From contig JAOAKO010000002.1 in the NCBI GenBank assembly GCA_026413625.1, positions 6,623 through 70,622 on the forward strand: DNA of 64,000 nucleotides. Reading direction: 5' to 3'. Under the pieces are notes generated by a model. That model saw only the letters and a program-made list of their open reading frames with translations. It did no database searches and had not been told where the DNA came from. Positions 1 through 9,300 of this stretch are shown piece after piece. Position numbers and translations under genes: made by a program. Numbering within the stretch: the stretch's first letter is position 1; the number at the start of each line of letters is the position of its first letter. Source of the stretch: Candidatus Micrarchaeota archaeon. Its GTDB lineage: Archaea; Micrarchaeota; Micrarchaeia; CABMEP01.

Positions 1-410
1 AGTCTGTCGCGTACATATCGACCCCGCGGCTTGGTACATCGCTGTCGACCTATCTCATCCTGGGCGTGCAGGAGCGCCCAAGGGTTGGTTTGTTCATCCA
101 TTAAAGAGATACACGAGTTGGGTTCAGTACGTCGCGAGACAGTACGGTAGTATCTACTAGGATTGCATCTGCCTGAGGGGAGCGCCCCACTAGTACGAGA
201 GGAACATGGGACGGGCGCCTCTAGTGTACCGGTTGTAAATAGCATCGCCGGGCAGCCACGCGCCAAATCATAAGACCTGAAAGCATCTAAGGTCGAAGGA
301 TTGCCCAAAACTAGGCAGACGTGAGAGCGGGTAGCAGACCCGTTTGATAGGTCAGTGGTGTAGGCAGCGAGCTTACGCGAGCTGCGAGCCAGCTGATACT
401 AAATCTCCTT
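1..410 (+). rRNA. 23S (large subunit) rRNA, 3'-terminal portion (partial, runs off window start)
   Basis: Sarcin-ricin loop sequence AGTACGAGAGGAAC at about 192-205. Domain V/VI-like conserved stretches (GGTTTGTTCATCCATTAAAGAG, GATAGGTCAGTGGTGTAGGCAGCGAGC). The 3' boundary is estimated from the usual ~240 nt between the SRL and the 23S end. No 5S follows. Confidence 0.8.
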
Positions 411-593
411 ACTCACAAATTTCTTCGTGTCTTTCACTCAAACTATCTTCTTATTTTATTTACATCCTTAGCGAAAGCCGGATTAAAATGACTGATATAT
501 TTATATTCCTTTATCTGCATATAATATTAGTAACGTCTGTTACTTGTGCTATCTGTTTTAAATGGAACAAAAAATCTATCTGTAGGTGAAAAA

Positions 594-1808
594 ATGGCAG
601 TTACTAACAAGTATGATGTGATTATTGTAGGTGCAGGGCCGGCTGGTTCTGTGTGCGCAAATTTCCTTGGAAGAGAAGGAAGAAAGGTCCTTCTTGTTGA
701 CAAGGCAAAATTTCCGAGAGACAAGACGTGCGGAGACGCATGCAGCGGAAAGTCGATCTCTGTTTTAAGGGAATTGGGAATTCTCCCCGAAATAAAGAAG
801 GTTGCGCACGGAGTCAATAACGGAGTCATATTCTCATCTCCGAAAGGAACCATCCTTGAGATAAGGACTGAAAATCAGGATGGGTTTGTATGCAGAAGAG
901 AGATATTGGACAACGTATTGTTTAAGGCCGCTAAGAAGCATGTCGACACTCTTGAAGAATTCACTGTAACTGACCTTATTAAGGATGGAGAACAAGTGAT
1001 AGGCATTGTTGGCAAAGATAAGAACGGAAAAGAGCAGAGATATTATGCAAACATAGTCGTCGGCGCTGACGGTGCGATGTCTGTAGTTGCGCAAAAGGTT
1101 GGCGTATTCGAAGTTGACCCTGCGCACCACTGCGTTGCAGTAAGAGGATATTACGACGGAGTAACTGGAATGAAGGATGTTATTGAGCTTCACTTCACAA
1201 AAACAGCGATACCCGGATACTTCTGGATATTCCCGTATGAAGACGGAACTGCGAATGTCGGGCTTGGAATGCTTACAAAGGATGTGAAAGCGAGAAACAT
1301 CAATCTAAAGGAGCTGATGGAAAGAGAAATTAAGGAAAACCCGATGTTTAAAGAAAGATTCAAGAACGCACGGTTAATCAGTGAGATTAAGGGGTGGAAC
1401 CTCCCGCTAGGTTCGAAAATCAGAAAGCAGATAGCTGGTGATGGATGGATATTGATTGGCGATGCCGCTTCGCTTATAGATCCTTTCTCTGGAGAGGGAA
1501 TGGGGAATGCAATGCTTAGCGGAAAGCTGGCTTTCAGAACAATAAGCAAGGCGCTTAGAATGGGCGTTTTCAGCAAGAAGATACTGTCTGAATATGAAGA
1601 AGAGATAAGAAGAGAGCTGAAGAGCGAGCTCGAAATGAGCTACTTATTGCAGAGGCTCGGAAAGATTGAATTCTTGCTTAACCTAGTGATTGATAAGGCT
1701 GCAAGAAACCCTGAAATAAGAAAAGAGCTCACAACCATGATAGTTAGCGAAGAGGCGAAAAAGAATTTCTCTTCCCCGTTATTTTATTTGAAACTTCTTT
1801 TCAGCTAA
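594..1808 (+). CDS. FAD-dependent geranylgeranyl reductase family oxidoreductase (digeranylgeranylglycerophospholipid reductase-like)
   Basis: N-terminal Rossmann motif YDVIIVGAGPAGS. GGR-family length and motifs (GDAAS..DP.SGEG). Start moved to the ATG at 594, which has a GGTGA SD-like element upstream, because the ORF-track start at 546 would abut the rRNA. Confidence 0.75.
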   Translation: MAVTNKYDVIIVGAGPAGSVCANFLGREGRKVLLVDKAKFPRDKTCGDACSGKSISVLRELGILPEIKKVAHGVNNGVIFSSPKGTILEIRTENQDGFVCRREILDNVLFKAAKKHVDTLEEFTVTDLIKDGEQVIGIVGKDKNGKEQRYYANIVVGADGAMSVVAQKVGVFEVDPAHHCVAVRGYYDGVTGMKDVIELHFTKTAIPGYFWIFPYEDGTANVGLGMLTKDVKARNINLKELMEREIKENPMFKERFKNARLISEIKGWNLPLGSKIRKQIAGDGWILIGDAASLIDPFSGEGMGNAMLSGKLAFRTISKALRMGVFSKKILSEYEEEIRRELKSELEMSYLLQRLGKIEFLLNLVIDKAARNPEIRKELTTMIVSEEAKKNFSSPLFYLKLLFS

Positions 1809-1865
1809 TTTTCTTTTTACTGTTTGTTTTTTTATTTTCACTGTTTTTATTTGTTTAAGAATTAG

Positions 1866-1940
1866 TGCTCCGATCGGGATTTGAACCCGAGTTTCAGCCT
1901 TGAAAGGGCTGCGTCCTTGACCGGACTAGACGATCGGAGC
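1866..1940 (-). tRNA. tRNA-Glu (anticodon UUC)
   Basis: Manual cloverleaf on the reverse complement. Acceptor GCUCCGA/UCGGAGC, anticodon stem CAGCC/GGCUG with loop CUUUCAA, T-arm UCGGG-UUCAAAU-CCCGA, discriminator A. Confidence 0.8.
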
Positions 1941-2010
1941 TTAAAAGAAGTTAGAATATAATATACACGAAAAGAAATAAATACCTTCCCTTAAAAACAA
2001 TTGTCTTTGC

Positions 2011-2601
2011 TCAATGCTTGTGGTTTAGTACCTTCTTAACTATTTCTTGGCTTACTTCCTCAAACGGTTTTGTTGTCTCGATGGTTATCCATTTTGACAG
2101 AAAATTTTCGCTTGCCAATTCTTTGTATCTGAAATTCGCCTTGATTAGAAATTCTTCGTCTCTTTCGAATCTTGTGTATCTTTTCTTTCCTTTTATTCTT
2201 TCAATTGCGATATCTGGAGAAACGGATAGATATATTATATGGTCTGGCCTGATTATGTTTAATGCTGAAATAATCTCTTTTGCCTTGGTGTAGTTTATCC
2301 TTTGAAAGGCGATTGTGGTTAATGCATATCTGTCTGCGATGACCCAATAGCCTTTTTCAAGATCCTTTTTTATAGAATCCTGATCCTTCATAATGTCTGC
2401 CAAAAATAAAAGAAACTGTGACTCTGGTGAAATATCTATGTCTTTATTAAGGAAATTTTTGATTGGCTTTCCGAATATTCCTGCTTTGTCGGGATACTCG
2501 TATAACTTGACTTTTTTACCCCTCTTTTTCAGTTCCTTAATAAACGAATGCACGTGTTTTGTTTTGCCTGAGCCGTTGATTCCTTCAAATACGATAAACA
2601 T
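2011..2601 (-). CDS. tmk: thymidylate kinase
   Basis: P-loop FEGINGSGKTK at the N-terminus, and ~196 aa dTMP-kinase architecture (DRY..S..AFQ-like lid). Confidence 0.7.
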   Translation of the reverse strand: MFIVFEGINGSGKTKHVHSFIKELKKRGKKVKLYEYPDKAGIFGKPIKNFLNKDIDISPESQFLLFLADIMKDQDSIKKDLEKGYWVIADRYALTTIAFQRINYTKAKEIISALNIIRPDHIIYLSVSPDIAIERIKGKKRYTRFERDEEFLIKANFRYKELASENFLSKWITIETTKPFEEVSQEIVKKVLNHKH

Positions 2602-2651
2602 AAAATAAGTTTATTAGATTAATTTAAAAATTTATTGAAAAAGAAAAAAAA

Positions 2652-2969
2652 TTATTTAAGGAATGAAAGATTGGAGGATCCTTCGTCTTCTCTCGAAGAG
2701 ATTGATGGTTGGTAGCTGTATTGCATTTGACTTGCTCCTTTTGAGACCACTATGACATCCTCCAAAGATCTGACATTCTTGTATAAGACTGTCTTCTCTT
2801 TGATGATTCTCTGTGCGTCTTCTCTTGACGCTGTGTGGATGCTCTCGAGAGTAAGTCTCACTACTTCTCCTTTCTCCACGTCAACAATAATATCATATAC
2901 CTTTCCTAGATATTTTCCCGCATCGGAAAATATATCCATTCCATATAGTTTGCTTAAGCGGATTGACAT
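2652..2969 (-). CDS. PRC-barrel domain protein
   Basis: Small ~105 aa protein with the GKYLGKVYDIIVD...GEVVRL pattern typical of archaeal PRC-barrel proteins. Confidence 0.5.
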   Translation of the reverse strand: MSIRLSKLYGMDIFSDAGKYLGKVYDIIVDVEKGEVVRLTLESIHTASREDAQRIIKEKTVLYKNVRSLEDVIVVSKGASQMQYSYQPSISSREDEGSSNLSFLK

Positions 2970-3031
2970 ATCATCGCCTCTAATTTATTATGTAATAATA
3001 TATTTAAAAATATTGCTTCTTTCCTATTAAT

Positions 3032-3373
3032 ATGGGAAAATCAAAGAACAGACTAAAAAATGAATATTTTATTAAGAAAACAAGTGTTATTCTTCTTATG
3101 CTTCTTCAGCATGAAAAGGCGACAATAAGCCAGCTTAGCAAATCAAGCGGTGTAAGCTTCTTGTACTGCGCCAATAAAATCAAAGAGATGGAATCTGCTG
3201 GATTTGTTGTATCTGCAAGGGAAAAAAAATTTAGGTTTGTTTTTTTGACTGAGAAGGGCGTCAGGCTGGCAGAAAAAATTAAGGAAGTTGCAAAATTGAT
3301 TTCGGAAAGCGAGCAGGCCGAAATGGAGACTGCCCCCATCCACTCCGGCGTGAATGAAACAAACAATGATTGA
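3032..3373 (+). CDS. winged-helix transcriptional regulator (ArsR/MarR-like)
   Basis: 113 aa with a central HTH (ISQLSKSSGVSFLYCANKIKEMESAGFV) and a basic N-terminus. Confidence 0.45.
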   Translation: MGKSKNRLKNEYFIKKTSVILLMLLQHEKATISQLSKSSGVSFLYCANKIKEMESAGFVVSAREKKFRFVFLTEKGVRLAEKIKEVAKLISESEQAEMETAPIHSGVNETNND

Positions 3374-3377
3374 TCAA

Positions 3378-3722
3378 TTACAAGAGTTTTAGATCCTTTA
3401 TGTGCTTGTCTATCTCTTCATCGTACCAGGGCCCGATAACCATACAGATTATTGTTCCAGGCTCTACTTGTGTCAAACCCGCATCGCGTATGAGCTGGCA
3501 TGGAATGGTGTTTTTTATTTTTTCGTAAAGCTGTATGAGTTCATGTTCAGAACCGACCTTAAGCACAATCTTTTTTTGTCCGCTATTGAGCCATTCTGAC
3601 GTTATCTTTTTGTTTTTGTTTTCTACGTTTAAGAATCCAGTAATGCCTGCATGCGCTGCATGCGCAGCTATCTTTCCCTTTCCTATCTTCAGATCGGACC
3701 TGAACACTATAACCTGCTTCAT
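3378..3722 (-). CDS. pth2: peptidyl-tRNA hydrolase, archaeal type (Pth2)
   Basis: Start MKQVIVFRSDLKIGKGKIAAHAAHA and end GPWYDEEIDKHIKDLKLL are characteristic of Pth2. I used the internal Met at 3722; the longer ORF to 3785 would almost abut the divergent tRNA-Pro. Confidence 0.75.
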   Translation of the reverse strand: MKQVIVFRSDLKIGKGKIAAHAAHAGITGFLNVENKNKKITSEWLNSGQKKIVLKVGSEHELIQLYEKIKNTIPCQLIRDAGLTQVEPGTIICMVIGPWYDEEIDKHIKDLKLL

Positions 3723-3789
3723 AACTATATAATTGTAGAAACGTTTTAAAAGAGTAATATATAATATATTATAGAAATCGCTCATTTTG

Positions 3790-3861
3790 GGGTCGTGGGC
3801 TAACCTGGTATGCTGACAGCTTTGGGAGCTGTTGATCTGAGTTCAAATCTCAGCGACCCCA
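3790..3861 (+). tRNA. tRNA-Pro (anticodon UGG)
   Basis: Acceptor GGGUCGU/GCGACCC, anticodon stem ACAGC/GCUGU with loop UUUGGGA, T-loop GUUCAAAUC. Confidence 0.75.
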
Positions 3862-3960
3862 TTTGCCGATGGTTTAAGGAGAAAATTGTAAAATTGTGGG
3901 AGTCTGGTTTTAATAATAAAAATTAAAAAAAATAGAAATAAATAAAAAAAATAAATAAAA

Positions 3961-4176
3961 TTACGCGTTCTTCATTTTTGCTTCATATACGTATCCGTCC
4001 TTTCCGACATAGTACATGAAGCCTGGTTTCTTTGTTATCTTCTCTGTACCGACCTTACCCTTCTTTCCTTTCTTGTTTGCCTTCATTGGTGCCTTCCAGA
4101 CGTATCCGTCCTTACCAATGTAGTAGAGATAACCTTCTTCTCTCTTGATTTTTTCATTTCCAACTTTCTTTCCCAT
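3961..4176 (-). CDS. small basic protein with an internal tandem duplication (hypothetical)
   Basis: Two copies of the motif G(Y/F)(L/M)YY(I/V)GKDGYV(W/Y)(K/E)A(P/K)MK separated by a Lys-rich linker. No family recognised. Confidence 0.4.
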   Translation of the reverse strand: MGKKVGNEKIKREEGYLYYIGKDGYVWKAPMKANKKGKKGKVGTEKITKKPGFMYYVGKDGYVYEAKMKNA

Positions 4177-4295
4177 TAAAAACACCTCGTATTTATAATC
4201 ATGTATTAAGTATAATATTTAAAAATCTATTCGATTTCATTCGGAAATCATTCGGAAAACAGAAAGCAATTTAAATATACTACTTCAATAAATAT

Positions 4296-4736
4296 TTGAT
4301 TATCTATTTAGAATTAAGTGATAGTATGGGCATTTTGGATTTGTTTGGCAAAAAGGATGTAAGCAATGTTGCGAAAAAGGTACCTTACGATGTTAAAACT
4401 TCAGTCAATCCAATACGATTATCGGCACACAAAATAGATAGGTGTGATTTAGAGATTAAAATAAAGAATATGACTGAAGAAACGGTGCTTAGCTCTGTTG
4501 TTATAGAGGTAGGAAATGGTTTGGCGATGGATCAGACTGGAATCCATAAGACAAAGGAAATAAGGATAGGATATTTGAATAAAAACGACGAATACACCGT
4601 AATAGTTCCGATCTGGTCAAATGTGATGACAAATCCTGGAAGCATACCTGTAAAAATCAATGTTTACGTTCATTATAGGACTTATTCTTACATTTTAAAT
4701 GGGGTTAAGAAAGAAATTAACATAAGGGTTGTCTGA
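4296..4736 (+). CDS. hypothetical protein
   Basis: 146 aa ORF filling a gap between convergent genes. No recognisable motifs. An internal start at MGILDLF is possible. Confidence 0.35.
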   Translation: MIIYLELSDSMGILDLFGKKDVSNVAKKVPYDVKTSVNPIRLSAHKIDRCDLEIKIKNMTEETVLSSVVIEVGNGLAMDQTGIHKTKEIRIGYLNKNDEYTVIVPIWSNVMTNPGSIPVKINVYVHYRTYSYILNGVKKEINIRVV

Positions 4737-4738
4737 TT

Positions 4739-6763
4739 TTATTTTTTCTCTTTTTTGCTTTCTGTTTCCTCTTTTCTTTTATTTGAAATGCAGTTCTGGT
4801 TCAGGCATTTTTGATATCTTTGTTTTCCTTTAATTATCCATATCTTTGGGGAATTGCATGAATCGCATTGGCCCGCGTATGTAAACAAATATGATGGAGG
4901 CAATGAAAATGTTATTTTGCATTTTGGATAGTTTGTACATCCGAGAAACTTTTTTCCTTTATAATCTATTACTTTTAGGTTGCCTCCGCAGGCGCAGGGA
5001 GCGAATTTTTCTGATTCTTCTAAATTCACCTTAAGCTCTGTTCCTATTTCCTTTTCGTGCTGCAATATGTCGTGTATTATCGAGGTCACTATCTCTTTTG
5101 CGTCGTTTATTGTTTTTTCTTTCGAAATTTCTTTATTTTGAATTTTTTCCATCTCTTCTTCCAATTGTCTTGTTAGGTTTGGATCCAAAATTTTAGGGGA
5201 GTATTTTTTGAAGATTTTGTATATGACCCTACCCAAAGGAGTAACTGTAATTTGCTTTCCTACAACATAACCGCGCTTGTACAACGTATCCAATACAATT
5301 GCTCTTGTTGTTTTTGTGCCTATGTTTTCTTTTTCCATGAGTTGGAGTATGGAAGCTGGGGTGTATCTTTGCGGTGGTGTGGTTTCTTTTTCTTTCATTG
5401 TTACTTTAGATATTGAAACTTCCTCCCCGTCGATAAATGGGTTTGTTTCCTTTTTTTCCTGTAAATAAGGATAAAATTTTTGCCATCCTTCTTTCACAGT
5501 TTCAGATATTTTTGTCGAGTATATCTCTGTTGCATCCAATGTTATGTTGTTTTCCTTTATTTCTGCATAGTCTGCAAAACAAGAGAGAAATCTATGTACT
5601 ATTAAATTGTATATTTTTTCCTCATCTGTGGAAATTTTATCTGTTTCGCCAGTTGGGTGAATTGCAGGATGAACATCTTCTTTCTTGCCTTCTTTTGGTT
5701 TGAATTTGTTTTCTTCGATTAACTCTTTTGCAAGTTTAGAGAATTTTGGGTTTTCTGACAATTTGTAAATTATTGATTTTACATTGATTTGTGGTGGAAG
5801 TTTTTGCGACGCTGATCTCGGATAGCTTATCATTCCCTTTTCATATAAAGATTGTGAAATTTCTTGGGTTTTTACTGGGATAAATCCATATATCCTATAC
5901 GCCTCAGTCTGTAATGTGGTAAAGTCAAATGGTGGGGGTGGTGGTATTTTTTTGATCGTGGAATTTATTTTTATTTTTCCTTTTTTTGATGTGTTTTCCT
6001 TTGCGGTTTCTGCTTCTTTTTTGCTTTTGAAGGGATTTTTTGTGTGTGAAAATTGCACGTCTTTAGCGATAATGTTTAAAACCCAATAAAGTTCTGGTTT
6101 AAAGTTTTCTATTTCTTCTTCTCTCTTAACTAAAAAGTGGAGCATCGGTCCCTGCACTCTTCCTATTGAAAGGGATTTATATCTTCCTGATTTTTTGATG
6201 GCGTTCATTACAGACCTGCTTAAGTTAATTCCATAAAACCAATCTATTGTATGTCTCGCTTCCCCAGCATAAGCGTTATCTATGTCGAAGTCGATTAAAT
6301 TTTTGTATGCTTCATAGAGTTCTTGGGGTGTGACTGTTGAAAACTTCATCCTTTTTGCTTTTCTTACATCTCCGTATTTCTTGATTATATTATATCCTAT
6401 TAAACTGCCTTCAATATCAAAATCTGTTGCGTTTATTACCAAATCTGCGTTTTTTATCAGGTTGACGATATTATCCAAATAGTCTTTGATATAATATGAA
6501 GATTTGTTAACTAAGTATGAAGGTACCCATTCTAACTCAAATACAGGTATTGTATTTTGTTTTTCTTTTAACGAAAAAAGATGCCCTACTGCAGGGGTTA
6601 TGAATAAATCTGTGTTTTCGTTTTTAAGTTCATAATAAGTTACTCTTTTGTGTTGTTTTTTTGTTAGCGTTTGAAAGTCTTTTTTTAATGCATATGCTAT
6701 CTTTTGAGCTACAGATGGTTTTTCAGTGATGATTAATATCCTCATTCGATCACTATATAACAA
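4739..6763 (-). CDS. topA: DNA topoisomerase I (type IA) with C-terminal zinc ribbons
   Basis: Toprim start (ILIITEKPSVAQKIA), type IA core, and a C-terminal Cys4 zinc ribbon (CACGGNL...CTNYPKC, CDSC..KC..NC). The true start may be the Met 6 codons downstream (MRILIITEKPS). Confidence 0.8.
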   Translation of the reverse strand: MLYSDRMRILIITEKPSVAQKIAYALKKDFQTLTKKQHKRVTYYELKNENTDLFITPAVGHLFSLKEKQNTIPVFELEWVPSYLVNKSSYYIKDYLDNIVNLIKNADLVINATDFDIEGSLIGYNIIKKYGDVRKAKRMKFSTVTPQELYEAYKNLIDFDIDNAYAGEARHTIDWFYGINLSRSVMNAIKKSGRYKSLSIGRVQGPMLHFLVKREEEIENFKPELYWVLNIIAKDVQFSHTKNPFKSKKEAETAKENTSKKGKIKINSTIKKIPPPPPFDFTTLQTEAYRIYGFIPVKTQEISQSLYEKGMISYPRSASQKLPPQINVKSIIYKLSENPKFSKLAKELIEENKFKPKEGKKEDVHPAIHPTGETDKISTDEEKIYNLIVHRFLSCFADYAEIKENNITLDATEIYSTKISETVKEGWQKFYPYLQEKKETNPFIDGEEVSISKVTMKEKETTPPQRYTPASILQLMEKENIGTKTTRAIVLDTLYKRGYVVGKQITVTPLGRVIYKIFKKYSPKILDPNLTRQLEEEMEKIQNKEISKEKTINDAKEIVTSIIHDILQHEKEIGTELKVNLEESEKFAPCACGGNLKVIDYKGKKFLGCTNYPKCKITFSLPPSYLFTYAGQCDSCNSPKIWIIKGKQRYQKCLNQNCISNKRKEETESKKEKK

Positions 6764-6846
6764 ATATATGATAAATATGGTTTTGCAAAATTTAGTTTAG
6801 AATAATGTAATAGAAAAATAAAGTATTTAAATAATAACATATTTTG

Positions 6847-7196
6847 TGTGGGGTGGGGGGGTTCTATTCCATTATTTTTGGTTTTCTGTAATAAACTCTA
6901 TATGTCCTATTTTTAATTCATAATATTCTATCCAAGGTAAAAATTCTTTCATAAAATCATCTATAATTTCTTTGTTTTTTTGATCAATGAGGAAAATTTG
7001 TTGTTTTTTAAATAATTTTAATTTTATAATTTTGTTTAATTTATTATAATTATAGTAAAATCTCCTTTTAATGTTGTTTAAAATGTTTTTATTCGTGTTT
7101 TTAAATCTAAAAACATATAAAATATACATATTGTAACTTTAGTTACAAAAATTTAAATTAATTTCTATATTACTGGAAGTAAACCCTCTCCCCCTA
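6847..7196. repeat. inverted pair of G-string/GGAA elements (ORB-like) flanking an AT-rich segment
   Basis: Minus-strand reading at 6873-6847 is AATGGAATAGAACCCCCCCACCCC. Plus-strand at 7172-7195 is ACTGGAAGTAAACCCTCTCCCCC. The ~300 bp between them is more than 85% AT and includes the palindrome TGTAACTTTAGTTACA at 7132-7147. Confidence 0.35.
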
Positions 7197-7312
7197 CTTT
7201 TTTATTAAAACCATGTTTATTTTATATAAAAATCATATATTAAAATTAGACATACTTTCTAAATCACATCCTGAAATATATATTTAATTTATCATTGACG
7301 GTTTTTATCTTT

Positions 7313-9244
7313 TTACTGTTGATTTTTGTTACTATCTTCACTTATTTTTTGTTCTACACCTATATTCTGAATGTATTTGTCAACATTATCTTTATTTTCA
7401 AATCTTTTTGCTTTAGGCAATACAATGCTAAAAACACTTCCTTTACCTACTTCAGAATTAACTATAATATCACTATCATGCAGTTTCATAATTTCTTTAG
7501 CGATCGCCAAACCCAATCCACTACCTTCCTTTTTATATAGCTTAGATATACTGCTTCTTTGGAATCTTTCAAATATCGCCTGCTGTTCCTTTTTAGGTAT
7601 CCCAGGGCCGGTATCGATAACATCGACTTGGATGTTATTTCGATCCTTTTCAAAAGCATTTATAGTGACTGAACCTTTATCTGTAAATTTAATGGCGTTA
7701 TTAACTAAATTCATAAGCACTTGGGCGATTCTTTCAGGATCCCCATAAACTTCCCCCAAACTGTCCGGAGTATTCCATATCAAAGTCAACCCTTTACTTT
7801 CCGCCATATTCCTTAATGAACATTTATCTTCCAAATCTTTGAGTTTAAACGGTCGCTTGTGCAAAGTTATTGCCCCTGCATCTAATTTGGACAAATCAAG
7901 CAAATCATTTATCAACTTGGCAAGACGCTTGGATTCTTTGTCAATTATCTCAGCCGCTTCTTGTTGTTTCGGTGTGTTTGGCCCTAAAACCTTGTTCCTT
8001 AAAAGCGACGCATAACCTTGTATATTTGTTAACGGCGTCTTAAGGTCGTGAGAAACCATACTCACGAATTCGGTCTTCATTCTATTAATTTCAGAAAGAC
8101 GTTTATAATCCTCCTTTAATTTTTCTCTTTCCTCAACCGTCTTATCCTCGCTTTTTTTCTTTTCAGTTATATTTCTTAACGTCATACTGTACTCTATTGA
8201 TGAATTTTCATGCGTCAGAGGCAAAGCACTTACGGCAAAGTAAATCATTTTTCTTTTGTTGTTATATATTCTAAACTCCTTATCTTGAAAACCCTTCCTG
8301 ACTTTCTCGCATTCTGTGAGAGACCTTACAAAAACAGGCATGTCTTCAGGATGTATAATCTGAAATATTGTTGGGTAAGGCTCTTTGTATCCAAGCTGTT
8401 TTTCAAACTGTTTGTTAACAAACTTAAATTTACCATTTTTATCAATTATACAAATAATATCCGTCGTGTTATTAACTATCTGCTCATACTGTTCTCTTAC
8501 AACCCTTATCTCTTCTGCAAGCTTTACTTCCTGGCTTTTATTATTAAATATCAAAATCAAATTTTCCCCGTTAGGTACTATTTTAACCGAAACAAGCAAC
8601 GATCCGTTGTAGATAATACCATCAGTTTCAACCCTAGCATTATTTTCAACACATTCCTTTATCTTTTGGTTAAATTTATTGATCTTCACATAGTCTTTGA
8701 TATTTACATCTTCTTTAATTTCAGGTATAATCTTTCTAGAAAATTCATTGCAGGAGACAACCTTTCCGTTTCTTTTTATTTCAATTATACACATATCTAT
8801 ATTTTCCAATGCCTTAAGTTTTCGGAGAACCATCTCATTCATTTTTTCTTTAGAAACATCAATAAATTCAACTAAGGTTGTAAGGCCCAGGTTAATTTCT
8901 TTAGTCTCAACATTTATTTTTTTTCCATTTGAAAAAAGATGATTATTTTTCAATATTTTACTTATTTTATTTCCTTTAATTTCTTCTTCATTTATCTTAA
9001 ATTCCTGTATAAATCTTTCATTGACAAACAAAATATTTTTTTTATCATCTATTATTACTGCCGGATAATTTAAGTTTTTAAATAAAGTATATAATGAATC
9101 ATTTACAATATGAACATTTCGTATATTCGTTTTCTTTTCAATCTCATTATTTTTTACATTAACATTTTCAAATATTTTTTCATCAGAATCAGCCAAATCT
9201 AGAATGGTAGTTTGTTTATCTTTGTGTTCTATCTCATCTGCCAT
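7313..9244 (-). CDS. PAS-domain sensor histidine kinase
   Basis: H-box SHDLKTPLTNIQGYASLL, N/G boxes (NLVNNAIKFT, DTGPGIP, GSGLGLAIAK), and PAS-like repeats upstream. Confidence 0.8.
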   Translation of the reverse strand: MADEIEHKDKQTTILDLADSDEKIFENVNVKNNEIEKKTNIRNVHIVNDSLYTLFKNLNYPAVIIDDKKNILFVNERFIQEFKINEEEIKGNKISKILKNNHLFSNGKKINVETKEINLGLTTLVEFIDVSKEKMNEMVLRKLKALENIDMCIIEIKRNGKVVSCNEFSRKIIPEIKEDVNIKDYVKINKFNQKIKECVENNARVETDGIIYNGSLLVSVKIVPNGENLILIFNNKSQEVKLAEEIRVVREQYEQIVNNTTDIICIIDKNGKFKFVNKQFEKQLGYKEPYPTIFQIIHPEDMPVFVRSLTECEKVRKGFQDKEFRIYNNKRKMIYFAVSALPLTHENSSIEYSMTLRNITEKKKSEDKTVEEREKLKEDYKRLSEINRMKTEFVSMVSHDLKTPLTNIQGYASLLRNKVLGPNTPKQQEAAEIIDKESKRLAKLINDLLDLSKLDAGAITLHKRPFKLKDLEDKCSLRNMAESKGLTLIWNTPDSLGEVYGDPERIAQVLMNLVNNAIKFTDKGSVTINAFEKDRNNIQVDVIDTGPGIPKKEQQAIFERFQRSSISKLYKKEGSGLGLAIAKEIMKLHDSDIIVNSEVGKGSVFSIVLPKAKRFENKDNVDKYIQNIGVEQKISEDSNKNQQ

Positions 9245-9300
9245 AATATAATTTCAATAATAAGATTTTAATTCTTTTATACTAAGATATATCTGATATT

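Noticed and set aside
344-589. 81 aa ORF on the plus strand
   Set aside because: Lies across the 3' end of the 23S rRNA and its AT-rich trailer. Translation is low-complexity; it is a spurious ORF.
527-1576. Minus-strand ORFs 527-853, 834-1193 and 1190-1576
   Set aside because: All antisense to the well-supported geranylgeranyl-reductase gene, with low-complexity products. Shadow ORFs.
6872-7129. 85 aa N/K-rich ORF in the AT-rich gap
   Set aside because: Composition-driven (poly-Asn/Lys/Ile from AT-rich DNA), no motifs and no SD context. More likely non-coding intergenic or origin-like DNA, though a tiny protein cannot be excluded.
8210-8942. Several plus-strand ORFs (8210-8875, 8385-8612, 8697-8942) inside the histidine kinase gene
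   Set aside because: Antisense to a gene with clear HisKA/HATPase motifs. AT-rich frames, no independent support.
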